Source of the DNA: Candidatus Hydrogenedentota bacterium
Lineage (GTDB): Bacteria; Hydrogenedentota; Hydrogenedentia; Hydrogenedentales; CAITNO01
Length of the DNA stretch: 59,208 bases
NCBI GenBank assembly: GCA_033813475.1
Contig: JAPXRP010000001.1
Location: 1 to 59,208, forward strand
Direction: 5' to 3'
Position 1 is the first letter of the stretch. Each line of letters begins with the position of its first letter. Positions 10,163 through 18,421 of the stretch are shown one piece after another. The position numbers and the translations under genes were made by a program. The notes under the pieces were generated by a model. The model did no database searches, was not told where the DNA came from, and was given only the letters and a program-made list of their open reading frames with translations.

Positions 10163-11617
10163 ATGAAGAGAAGGTCTTTTCTCCAGGCGGGCGGCGCGGG
10201 GGCGCTGTCCCTGCTGCTGGGCCGCGCGCCCGCGCGGGCGGCGCAGGACCGCCCGAACATCGTGTGGATCGTCGCCGAGGACATGTCCTGCCATTTCGGC
10301 TACCAGGGGGAGAAGGCCATCGCCACCCCGAACGTGGACCGGCTCGCGCGCGAGGGGACGGTCTTTGACACGGCCTACGTCACCTGCCCCGTGTGCTCGC
10401 CGTGCCGGTCGGCCATGATCACGGGCATGTACCAGACCACCATCGGCGCGCACAACCACCGGAGTTTCCGGGGCACCCTCAAGAATGACCTGACCCCGCC
10501 CGTTCGGCCCGTGCCGGAGCTGTTCCGGGAGGCCGGCTATCACGTCTGCAACGGCGCCAATCCATCGGCGGACGCGCTTGGAAAGACGGACTACAATTTC
10601 ACCTATTCCGGCGCCCTGTACGACGGGAAGGACTACGCGGGCCGCGCGCCGGGGCAGCCCTTCTTCATGCAGTTCCAGCTCCACGGCGGCAAGAAGCGGA
10701 ACGCGAAAGTGGCCAACCCCGTGTCGCCGGACGCGGTCACGCTGCCGCCGTACTACCCCGACGACCCGGTGATGCGGCAGGACTGGGCGGAGTATTTGAA
10801 CTCCGTGCTGGATGTGGACCGGGAGGTGGGCGAGATCATGGCGCGCCTGCGCGCCGAGGGCCTGGCGGAGAACACGGTGGTCTTCTTCCTCACGGACCAC
10901 GGCATCAGCCACGCCCGGGGCAAACAGTTTCTCTACGAGGAGGGAACGCGGGTCCCGTTCATCGTGTGGGCACCCGGCCGCGTGCCCGCCGGAGAGGTCC
11001 GGAAGGACTTCATCGCGCACATAGACATGGCGGCCACGTCCCTCCACTTCGCGGGCATCCCCGTTCCGGACTGCATGGAGGGACGGCCGCTCTTCGGGCC
11101 GGAGGCCCGCCCGCGCGACTTTGTGGTGTCCGCCCGCGACCGCTGCGACGAGACGGTCGAGCGCCTCCGCAGCGTGCGGAAGGGAACCTTCACCTACATC
11201 CGCAACTTTTATCCGGAACGCCCGCACCTCCAGCCGAACGCCTACAAGGACAAAAAGCCCATTCTGGTCCGCCTGCGCGAGCTGCACGCGGAGGGGAAAC
11301 TGGCGGGACACCCGGCGGAGGGGATGTTCGCCGCGCCGCGTCCGAAGGAGGAGCTCTACGACCGCGCGACGGACCCGTGGGAGCTGAACAACCTCGCGGA
11401 CGACCCGGCCCACGCGGCAACGCTGGCGGAACTGCGCGGGATTCTGGACCAATGGATACGGGAAACCGGTGACAAGGGGCAAACCCCGGAGACCGAAGCG
11501 GCCTACGACGCGGACATGGCGGTCTACCTCGCAAGCCAGAAGCGGAACCCGGACTATGTCCGCATCCTGGAGAAGAACATCGCCCAAATGAAGGCCTGGG
11601 CCGCTGAGGGGAAATGA
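10163..11617 (+). CDS. Cys-type sulfatase with twin-arginine signal
   Basis: ORF 10103..11617 is trimmed to ATG 10163, preceded by 'aaaggagg'. '[20 protein letters not shown]' is Tat-like. The motif '[11 protein letters not shown]' is present, along with 'TDHG'. Confidence 0.9.
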   Translation: MKRRSFLQAGGAGALSLLLGRAPARAAQDRPNIVWIVAEDMSCHFGYQGEKAIATPNVDRLAREGTVFDTAYVTCPVCSPCRSAMITGMYQTTIGAHNHRSFRGTLKNDLTPPVRPVPELFREAGYHVCNGANPSADALGKTDYNFTYSGALYDGKDYAGRAPGQPFFMQFQLHGGKKRNAKVANPVSPDAVTLPPYYPDDPVMRQDWAEYLNSVLDVDREVGEIMARLRAEGLAENTVVFFLTDHGISHARGKQFLYEEGTRVPFIVWAPGRVPAGEVRKDFIAHIDMAATSLHFAGIPVPDCMEGRPLFGPEARPRDFVVSARDRCDETVERLRSVRKGTFTYIRNFYPERPHLQPNAYKDKKPILVRLRELHAEGKLAGHPAEGMFAAPRPKEELYDRATDPWELNNLADDPAHAATLAELRGILDQWIRETGDKGQTPETEAAYDADMAVYLASQKRNPDYVRILEKNIAQMKAWAAEGK

Positions 11618-11622
11618 CAGAG

Positions 11623-11740
11623 GGAACCACCGATGAACGGTGATGAACACCGATGAGGAAAATGGGACAAAGCAAAGAAGAGCAGGGTGCGATTCGTCCA
11701 TGCATCTTCTCTTCTTTCATCAGTGTTCATCGGTGGTTCC
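11623..11740. repeat. Composite intergenic palindrome (GATGAAC-type arms)
   Basis: 'ggaaccaccgatgaac' (11623-11638) is the exact reverse complement of 'gttcatcggtggttcc' (11725-11740). Inner arms carry degenerate 'gatgaac' / 'gttcatc' units. Confidence 0.8.
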
Positions 11741-11787
11741 AAAACTCTTCAAGGACGCGGGCAACCACGGCAGGGCATGAAGAAACC

Positions 11788-13470
11788 ATGAGAGCACACA
11801 TGCATACGATCTTGGGGAGTCTCTGCGCCGGACTGTTCCTTGCCGCTTCGGCGCTGGGCGCCGAGGGGCATTGGCCCCTTGTGGACGACGCCCGTGACCA
11901 TTCCGGGAACGAGGTGCCCACGGTGAACCACGGGGTGGTCTTTGATGTTCCGGCGCCGGACGGCAGCCGCGCCGCGCGGTTTGACGGGGAGTCCGCCTTT
12001 CTGGAGGTGCCGGGGGACCGAGCGCCGGCCTTCGGCGCGGGGGATTTCACCGTGTCCGTGGAGGTCTTTTTGGAGGAGCCGCTGGACGACGCGCCGGGGG
12101 ACATTCTGGGGTGTTTCGACCCCGACACCCGGCGCGGGGTGAACTTCGGCATCGCCTCGCATTCGGGCGTGGCGAACTCCCAGCCAAACCACCGCAATGT
12201 GTATTTCGGCGTGGACAACGGCCAGCTGGAGCCGGAATGGACCGACTGCGGGCGGCCGGGGCAGGCCGTGTTTGTCTTCGGCTTCGCGGTGCATGACGGG
12301 GCGCTGTACGCGGCGACCTGCGAGGCCCACGAGGGCGGGGCCGGGCACGTGTACCGGTACGTGGGCGGCGACCGCTGGGAGGACTGCGGCAGCCCCGACG
12401 GCAGCAACGCCGTCGCCGCGTTGGCCGTGCACGACGGCGCGCTCTACGCGGGCACGTCGCGGTACGACACCACCGGGTCCGCCATGGCGGCGTCGCCGAA
12501 CACCACGCCGGGCGGCAAGGTCTACCGGTACGATGGCGGCACGGCGTGGACCTTCTGCGGCGCGCTGTCCAACCCGGAAACGGGGGAGGCGGCCACGCTG
12601 GGCGGGCTGGCGGTGTTCCGGGGCGCGCTCCACGCGACCACGCTGAAGCAGGAGGGCTTCGGACTCTACCGGTACGCCGGCGGCGAAACCTGGGCCTACT
12701 GCGGAAACCCGGGGCGGCGCGTGCTGAACCCCTGCGTGTTCAACGGCGCGCTGCACATGGTGTCCTACGACGCCCCCGGCGGCCCCTTCCGCTACGACGG
12801 CAAGGGGTTCTCCTACATCGGCGGGACGATCACCCCGCCCATCCAGCAGGACTACAGCTTCGCCGTGTACGGCGGCGAGTTGCACCTGTCCACCTGGCCG
12901 GAGGCCCATGTCTACCGCCTGGACCGGAGCGGTGTCTGGCGCCTGCGCGGCCGGCCCGGGGACGAGCTGGAGACGATGGGGATGCTGGCGTACAACGGGA
13001 AACTCTACACGGGCACCCTGCCCTCCGCCCGCGTCTACCGCCTCGACGGCGCGGACCGATGGACGCCTGTGGGCCAGGTGCTCGACGCCTCGGACAACAA
13101 GTACCGCCGCGCGTGGTCCATGGCCCTCTTTCAGGGGCGGCTCTTCTGCGGCACCCTGCCCTCGGGCCGGGTCTTCAGCCTGGAGGCCGGACGCTGCGTG
13201 ACCGACGACCGCGCCCTCCCCACGGGATGGCGGCGCCTCGACGCCGTGCGCCGGGGTGGACGCCTGTTCCTCTATGTGGACGGGAAACAGGTGGCAGAAA
13301 GCGCGCCCTTTGAGCCCGCCGACTACAATCTTCACATCGGCGATCCCCATGGCGACGGTCTCCCCCTCCGCATCGGCTTGGGCGCGGCGGACTACTTCCA
13401 CGGCTGGATGCGGAATCTCCGCCTGTCCCCCCGCGCGCTGTCCCCCGAAGAGCTGGGCGCCGCGAAATGA
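11788..13470 (+). CDS. Exported LamG/concanavalin-like lectin-fold protein interrupted by a 7-repeat beta-propeller-like insert
   Basis: ORF 11653..13470 is trimmed to ATG 11788, giving the signal 'MRAHMHTILGSLCAGLFLAASALG'. The N-terminal part is LamG-like ('RFDGESAFLEVP...DFTVSVEVFL'). The C-terminal part is also LamG-like ('WRRLDAVRRGGRLFLYVDGKQV...FHGWMRNLRLSPRALS'). Seven 'xGALYAxT...VYRYxGG' repeats lie between them. Confidence 0.75.
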   Translation: MRAHMHTILGSLCAGLFLAASALGAEGHWPLVDDARDHSGNEVPTVNHGVVFDVPAPDGSRAARFDGESAFLEVPGDRAPAFGAGDFTVSVEVFLEEPLDDAPGDILGCFDPDTRRGVNFGIASHSGVANSQPNHRNVYFGVDNGQLEPEWTDCGRPGQAVFVFGFAVHDGALYAATCEAHEGGAGHVYRYVGGDRWEDCGSPDGSNAVAALAVHDGALYAGTSRYDTTGSAMAASPNTTPGGKVYRYDGGTAWTFCGALSNPETGEAATLGGLAVFRGALHATTLKQEGFGLYRYAGGETWAYCGNPGRRVLNPCVFNGALHMVSYDAPGGPFRYDGKGFSYIGGTITPPIQQDYSFAVYGGELHLSTWPEAHVYRLDRSGVWRLRGRPGDELETMGMLAYNGKLYTGTLPSARVYRLDGADRWTPVGQVLDASDNKYRRAWSMALFQGRLFCGTLPSGRVFSLEAGRCVTDDRALPTGWRRLDAVRRGGRLFLYVDGKQVAESAPFEPADYNLHIGDPHGDGLPLRIGLGAADYFHGWMRNLRLSPRALSPEELGAAK

Positions 13471-13991
13471 ATGACCAGGCCGCGAGAACGGTCTACGCCG
13501 AGCCGGGGAACCGCGTTGGCGCGAAACTGGCCGACATGGCGGCCTACACCGGCCTGCGCGCCCTGATCCATGCCGCGCTGGTCTACGGGGCGGGCCTCGC
13601 CGTCGAGGACCCGAAATTCATGCCCCTGCTGCTCGCGGGCGGGTGGGCGGCCCACCACGCCTACGACACCGTCTTCACCGCATGGCTCGGCGGAACCCCC
13701 GGCAAGCTGCTCCTGGGCATGCGCGTGACACGTCCCGACGGCGCGCCCGTCGGCTGGCGCCGCGCCCTGTGCCGCAGCCTCGCAGAATGGCTCAGCCGCC
13801 TGACCCTCGGCCTCGGCTACGCCGCAGCCTTCATGAACCCCGAACGCCGCACCCTGCACGACGTCCTGTGCGACACTGTGGTCGTGGATGTGTCCCGGGG
13901 ACGTTCCGTCCGCCCGGAGGACGCCCCCGCGAGGGAGGGTGTGCCGGAAGACGCCGTTTCCGCAGACGTCACGTCATGCGCGGGCGAATGA
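13467..13991 (+). CDS. RDD-family membrane protein
   Basis: Its ATG overlaps the upstream stop (ATGA at 13467-13470). It has hydrophobic segments and a C-terminal 'RRTLHDVLCDTVVV' typical of RDD domains. Confidence 0.65.
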   Translation: MNDQAARTVYAEPGNRVGAKLADMAAYTGLRALIHAALVYGAGLAVEDPKFMPLLLAGGWAAHHAYDTVFTAWLGGTPGKLLLGMRVTRPDGAPVGWRRALCRSLAEWLSRLTLGLGYAAAFMNPERRTLHDVLCDTVVVDVSRGRSVRPEDAPAREGVPEDAVSADVTSCAGE

Positions 13992-14211
13992 TGATTCGCC
14001 CCTACGGGTGGGGCCGCGGCGCAACGCACCGGACCAACGCCATTCTTACATGCGGGGGCGAATGATGATTCGCCCCTACGGGTGGGGCCGCAGCGTCGTG
14101 CATCGGACCGACGCCGTTCTGTCATGCGGGGGCGGTACGGCATGACATGCAAGGCATTCCCCCACGCGGCAGGGATCCAATCCGTCCTGTAGGGGCGGAT
14201 CATCATCCGCC
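13975..14211. repeat. REP-like element cluster: two direct copies of about 72 bp plus one inverted partial copy
   Basis: 'catgcggg(g)gcgaatgatgattcgcccctacgggtggggccgc' occurs at about 13975 and about 14048. Each copy holds the hairpin gggcgaat/attcgccc. The inverted relative 'gtaggggcggatcatcatccgccc' lies at 14188-14211. Confidence 0.8.
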
Positions 14212-14342
14212 CTCTTCCCGCCTCGTACAACACCCCGCCCCGGTATCCCGCACCCCGGGGTTGACGCGGAGCCGGGGCGCTGGCTATAGTGGCGGCGAGG
14301 CGCGGGGCCGGGGATCAGGCGGCCGCGCGAAAGGGAGACCGC

Positions 14343-16661
14343 ATGCGACTCACGGACGCCGAAAAACAGGAAATCCTCCGGTTTATTGAGGCCGGCAAGC
14401 CCCTGCCCGACAAGTACCGCTTCCTCCTCTTCGACGACAAGCGCGAGGTTGAGCTGGTCTGGAACGGAAAGACCGGCGAGGTCTGCAACATCGTCCTCCC
14501 CTTCCAGATCATCGAGCAGGTGGACGAGCCCCGCGCCGAAAAGACCGAGGACGCGCCCCTGCAGGGGATGCTCTTTGACGAGCGGGGACGGCAGCTCAAA
14601 GGCTGGACCAACAAGCTCATCTGGGGCGACAACAAGCTCATCCTCTCCTCCCTCAAGAACGGCCCCCTCCGCGACGAAATCGAGCAGCAGGGCGGCCTCA
14701 AGCTCATCTACATTGACCCGCCCTTCGACGTCGGCGCCGACTTCTCCATGGACATCGAAATCGGCGACGACACCTTTACCAAGAAGCCCAACATCCTGGA
14801 GGAAATCGCCTACCGCGACACCTGGGGCAAAGGGGCAGACTCGTTCATTGCCATGATCTATGAGCGTCTGGTGCTGATGCGGGATCTGTTGGCGGAGGAT
14901 GGGAGTATCTATGTGCATTGCGATTGGAGGGTGAACTCATTCGTTCGCAATTGCCTTGACGAAGTGTTCGGTAAGGACCGGTTAATCAACGAGATAGTCT
15001 GGAAGCGCGCCCACACAGTAAAAGGTAACATCGGACAGGGTAGCAAGCACCTTGGCGCAAATACAGACACAATTTTTCTTTATGCTAGGACTCCGAACTA
15101 TACATTTAATCAGCAGTACATTCCTTATTCTGAAGCCTACGTTGCGCAGTTCTTTCGGTACACGGAGAAAAGTGGGCGACGCTATCGCCTAATCAGCATG
15201 ATTGGCCCCGGAGGCGCGGCGAAAGGGAATCCCACTTATAGCGTTATGGGTGTCACGCGTTCATGGCGATACAGCGAAGCTAAAATGAGGGAGTTAATCG
15301 AAACAGGAATGGTCGTGCAAACGAATCCCGGAACGGTTCCACAGAGAAAACAGTATTTGGATGATGGGGATGGCGTATCCGTGCAATCGCTTTGGGACGA
15401 CATAACAGGCATTGCAGCTTCTTCCTCGGAGCGCGCGAATTACCCCACACAGAAGCCCGAAGCGCTCCTTGAACGCATATTGAAAACATCTTCCAACGAA
15501 GGCGAGCTGGTCGCGGATTTCTTCTGCGGTTCCGGCACAACGGCGGCGGTGGCGGAGAAGCTGGGCCGGAAGTGGATCGCTACGGACCTGGGGAAATTCG
15601 CGATTCACACGACGCGGAAGCGGATGATCGGGGTGCAGCGGGGGCTGAAGGCGTCGGGGAAGGGGTACCGGGCCTTTGAGATTCTGAATCTGGGGAAATA
15701 CGAGCGGCAGCATTATGTGGGGGTGAACCCGAACCTGCGGGAGGAGGAGCAGCGGAAGCAGGCGGAGGCGAAGGAGTCGGCGTTTCTGGACCTGATCCTG
15801 CGGGCGTACCGGGCGGAGCGGGTGGACGGCTTTGCCTGTTTCCACGGGAAGCGGGCGGGGCGGATGGTGTCGGTGGGGCCGGTGAACCTGCCGGTGACGC
15901 GGCTGTTTGTGGAGGAGGTGATTCTGGAGTGCCGCCGGAAGCGGGTCACGAAGGTGGACATCCTGGGTTTTGAGTTCGAGATGGGGCTGTTCCCCAACGT
16001 GCTGGACGAGGCGCGGGGCAAGGGGATAGACATCGCGCCGAAGTACATTCCGGCGGAGGTGTTTGACCGGCGGGCGGTGGAGAAGAACCAGGTGGTCTTC
16101 CACGACGTGTCCTTCATCGAGGTGCGGCCCCATGTGCGCGAGGGGGGCAGGGGAAAGGCCCCGGCGGTGGCGGCGGAGCTGACGGACTTCTCGGTGTTCT
16201 ACTCGCAGGACTCGGTGGCGGCGGCGGAGGCGGCGCTGAAAAACAAGGGCAGCCGGATCGTGGTGGAGAAGGGGCAGATTGTCAAGGTGAGCAGGGACGC
16301 CCGCGGGGTCGTGACGCGGGAGACCCTGACCAAGACCTGGACGGACTGGATAGACTACTGGGCGGTGGACTTCAACTTTGAAAGCAGGCGCGAGCTTATC
16401 CGCGTGGCGCGGCCCATCGCGGCGGGCCAGGGGGCGCTTCCGGGGGCGGAACCCCAGGCGGAGCTGGCGGAGTACGAGGAGGTGTGGACGGGGGACTATG
16501 TGTTTGAGAACGAGTGGCAGAGCTTCCGGACGAAGAAGGACCGGTCGCTGGAGCTGAAAAGCGTCTTCCATGAGTGCGCCCCGGGCCGCCGGAAGATCGC
16601 GGTGAAGGTGGTGGACATCTTCGGCAACGACACGATGACCATCGTGGAGGTGAACGTGTGA
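14343..16661 (+). CDS. mod: Type III R-M-like N6-adenine DNA methyltransferase (Mod), beta-class motif order
   Basis: ORF 14289..16661 is trimmed to ATG 14343. Motif IV 'IYIDPPFDVGADF' lies at 14715-14726. Motif I 'FFCGSGTTAAVAEKLGRKWIATD' lies at 15519 onward. The N-terminus 'KYRFLLFDDKREVELVWNGKTGEV' is typical of type III-like Mod proteins. Confidence 0.9.
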   Translation: MRLTDAEKQEILRFIEAGKPLPDKYRFLLFDDKREVELVWNGKTGEVCNIVLPFQIIEQVDEPRAEKTEDAPLQGMLFDERGRQLKGWTNKLIWGDNKLILSSLKNGPLRDEIEQQGGLKLIYIDPPFDVGADFSMDIEIGDDTFTKKPNILEEIAYRDTWGKGADSFIAMIYERLVLMRDLLAEDGSIYVHCDWRVNSFVRNCLDEVFGKDRLINEIVWKRAHTVKGNIGQGSKHLGANTDTIFLYARTPNYTFNQQYIPYSEAYVAQFFRYTEKSGRRYRLISMIGPGGAAKGNPTYSVMGVTRSWRYSEAKMRELIETGMVVQTNPGTVPQRKQYLDDGDGVSVQSLWDDITGIAASSSERANYPTQKPEALLERILKTSSNEGELVADFFCGSGTTAAVAEKLGRKWIATDLGKFAIHTTRKRMIGVQRGLKASGKGYRAFEILNLGKYERQHYVGVNPNLREEEQRKQAEAKESAFLDLILRAYRAERVDGFACFHGKRAGRMVSVGPVNLPVTRLFVEEVILECRRKRVTKVDILGFEFEMGLFPNVLDEARGKGIDIAPKYIPAEVFDRRAVEKNQVVFHDVSFIEVRPHVREGGRGKAPAVAAELTDFSVFYSQDSVAAAEAALKNKGSRIVVEKGQIVKVSRDARGVVTRETLTKTWTDWIDYWAVDFNFESRRELIRVARPIAAGQGALPGAEPQAELAEYEEVWTGDYVFENEWQSFRTKKDRSLELKSVFHECAPGRRKIAVKVVDIFGNDTMTIVEVNV

Positions 16662-16702
16662 ACAGACCGGACGGCCGACAGACGGGACCGCCCGTCCCGG
16701 CA

Positions 16703-17590
16703 ATGCCCACCTACCTCCGGCAGCGCCTGGTGCTGTTCCTGCTGGAGGCCGCGGGGGGGCGTCTGGGAAAGATGGACCTGCAGAAGCTGCTGTTCCTGCA
16801 CGGCGAGGAGCGGGAGACGCGGGACTACGCCTTCGTGCCCTACCAGTTCGGCTGCTACTCCTTCCAGGCCGCCGCCGACGTGGAGCTACTGGAGGCGTCC
16901 GGCTGGCTGGAGACCGAGGGAAACACCGTGCGCCTCCGCGCCGCGCCGGGCGCCGCGCCCTGGGCCGCCCGGAGCTGGGACCGGCAGGAGGTGCGGGACT
17001 GGCTGGCGGGCCAGCCCCTGCGGGGGGACGGGCTGGTGCGGGAAATCTACACCCGGTACCCCTATTACGCGATTCGCAGCAAAATGAAGGAGCGCGTGCT
17101 TGATCCCGAAACCCTGCGCCGGGTGGAGGATCTGGCCCGGAAGCTAAACCGCCCGGGGACGGTCCTGTTCACCCTGGGGTATGAGGGCATCGCCTTCGAG
17201 GCCTTCGCCAACAAGCTGATTAGGAACGGGGTGCGGCTCCTGTGCGACGTGCGGGCCAACCCGCTGAGCCGGAAGTTCGGCTTCTCCAAGAGGAGCCTGG
17301 AGACCCTTCTTCCCAAGCTGGGCATCCAGTATGCGCATGTTCCGGAACTCGGCATTGCCTCCGAAAACCGGCGGGATCTGGAAACGGAGGAGGACCGCGC
17401 CCGCCTTTTCGTTCAGTATGCGGAGTCGCTCACGGACCGGGAGGAGGGGCTTCGACGGGTGGAGGGGCTGCTGCGCGAGTGGAAACGCGTCGCCCTGGCG
17501 TGCTTCGAGGCGGACCCGGCGCGGTGCCACCGGCACTGCGTTTCCGACGCCCTGGCCGAACGCGGCGGCTACCGGGTGAAACATCTATGA
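16703..17590 (+). CDS. Two-domain protein: N-terminal Panacea/SocA-like or wHTH-like domain plus C-terminal DUF488
   Basis: The C-terminal half 'TLGYEGIAFEAFANKL...LLCDVRANPLSRKFGFSK...LGIQYAHVPELG...ACFEADPARCHRHCV' matches the DUF488 pattern as I remember it. The start is ATG 16703. GTG 16658 is an alternative and would overlap the mod stop (GTGA). Confidence 0.75.
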   Translation: MPTYLRQRLVLFLLEAAGGRLGKMDLQKLLFLHGEERETRDYAFVPYQFGCYSFQAAADVELLEASGWLETEGNTVRLRAAPGAAPWAARSWDRQEVRDWLAGQPLRGDGLVREIYTRYPYYAIRSKMKERVLDPETLRRVEDLARKLNRPGTVLFTLGYEGIAFEAFANKLIRNGVRLLCDVRANPLSRKFGFSKRSLETLLPKLGIQYAHVPELGIASENRRDLETEEDRARLFVQYAESLTDREEGLRRVEGLLREWKRVALACFEADPARCHRHCVSDALAERGGYRVKHL

Positions 17591-18420
17591 GGGAAAGGGT
17601 TCTCATCACCGTCAAGACCTACCCCGTGCTTTCGCGGAAGTACGCGGAGCTGGTCTGCACGGCGGGGGTGACGGAGGCGGGGGAATGGCGGCGGCTTTAC
17701 CCCATCCAGTTCAGGCTGCTCCAGGACGGGCAGAAGTACCATAAGTACCAGTGGGTGGAGGCGGACATTGAGAAGTCCGACACGGACGACCGCCCGGAGT
17801 CCTTTAAGATCGTCGGCGACTCCCTGAGGACGCTCGGGACGCCTCTTCCGGCGGCTCGCCATTGGGCGGACCGGAAACGCGCCTTTTCGGACAAGGTGGA
17901 GTGCCATGAACGCCTGGACCCCCTGTTCGAGCGGGCGCACCGGAACGAGTTGTCCCTGGCGCTGTTCAAGCCCGCGCGCATCCTTCGGTTTGAACCCGAG
18001 GAGACAGAACGGGAGTGGGACCGCGACCGGCTTGACAAGCTGGAGGCGGAAAAACGGCAGCTCCAGCTTTTTGACGACGAGGAGTCCGTGGCCCGCCAGT
18101 TTGAGGTGGTGAGGAAACTCCCCTACAAGTTCTATTGCCGCTTTGAGGACGCGAGCGGCAAATCCAGCCGCCTGATGATCGAGGACTGGGAGATTGGCGT
18201 TTTGTTCTTCAAGTGCCTCGACGAGGCGGGGGGCGATGAAAAGGCCGCCCTCGAGAAGGTCCGGCAGAAGTACTGGACGATGTTTGTCGAAAGCGGACGG
18301 CATGAAATGTGGCTGATTTTGGGAACCGTGCTTGAGCACCACCGCAAGCGCGCCCCAAACCCCTTCGTGATCGTGGGGATTTTCAATCCGCTTCACAACC
18401 CCCAGGGAGAACTGTTCTGA
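17587..18420 (+). CDS. Hypothetical protein (277 aa), no family recognised
   Basis: Its ATG overlaps the upstream stop (ATGA at 17587-17590), and it ends 1 nt before the res ATG. Composition is protein-like ('MRERVLITVKTYPVLSRKYAELVCTAGV...'). I trimmed it from ORF 17242..18420. Confidence 0.7.
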   Translation: MRERVLITVKTYPVLSRKYAELVCTAGVTEAGEWRRLYPIQFRLLQDGQKYHKYQWVEADIEKSDTDDRPESFKIVGDSLRTLGTPLPAARHWADRKRAFSDKVECHERLDPLFERAHRNELSLALFKPARILRFEPEETEREWDRDRLDKLEAEKRQLQLFDDEESVARQFEVVRKLPYKFYCRFEDASGKSSRLMIEDWEIGVLFFKCLDEAGGDEKAALEKVRQKYWTMFVESGRHEMWLILGTVLEHHRKRAPNPFVIVGIFNPLHNPQGELF

Positions 18421-18421
18421 C

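Noticed and set aside
13975-14146. The tandem repeats as a possible CRISPR array.
   Set aside because: There are only two full direct copies of about 72 bp, directly abutting and without unique spacers. There are no cas genes, and an inverted partial copy lies nearby. This is REP-like, not CRISPR.
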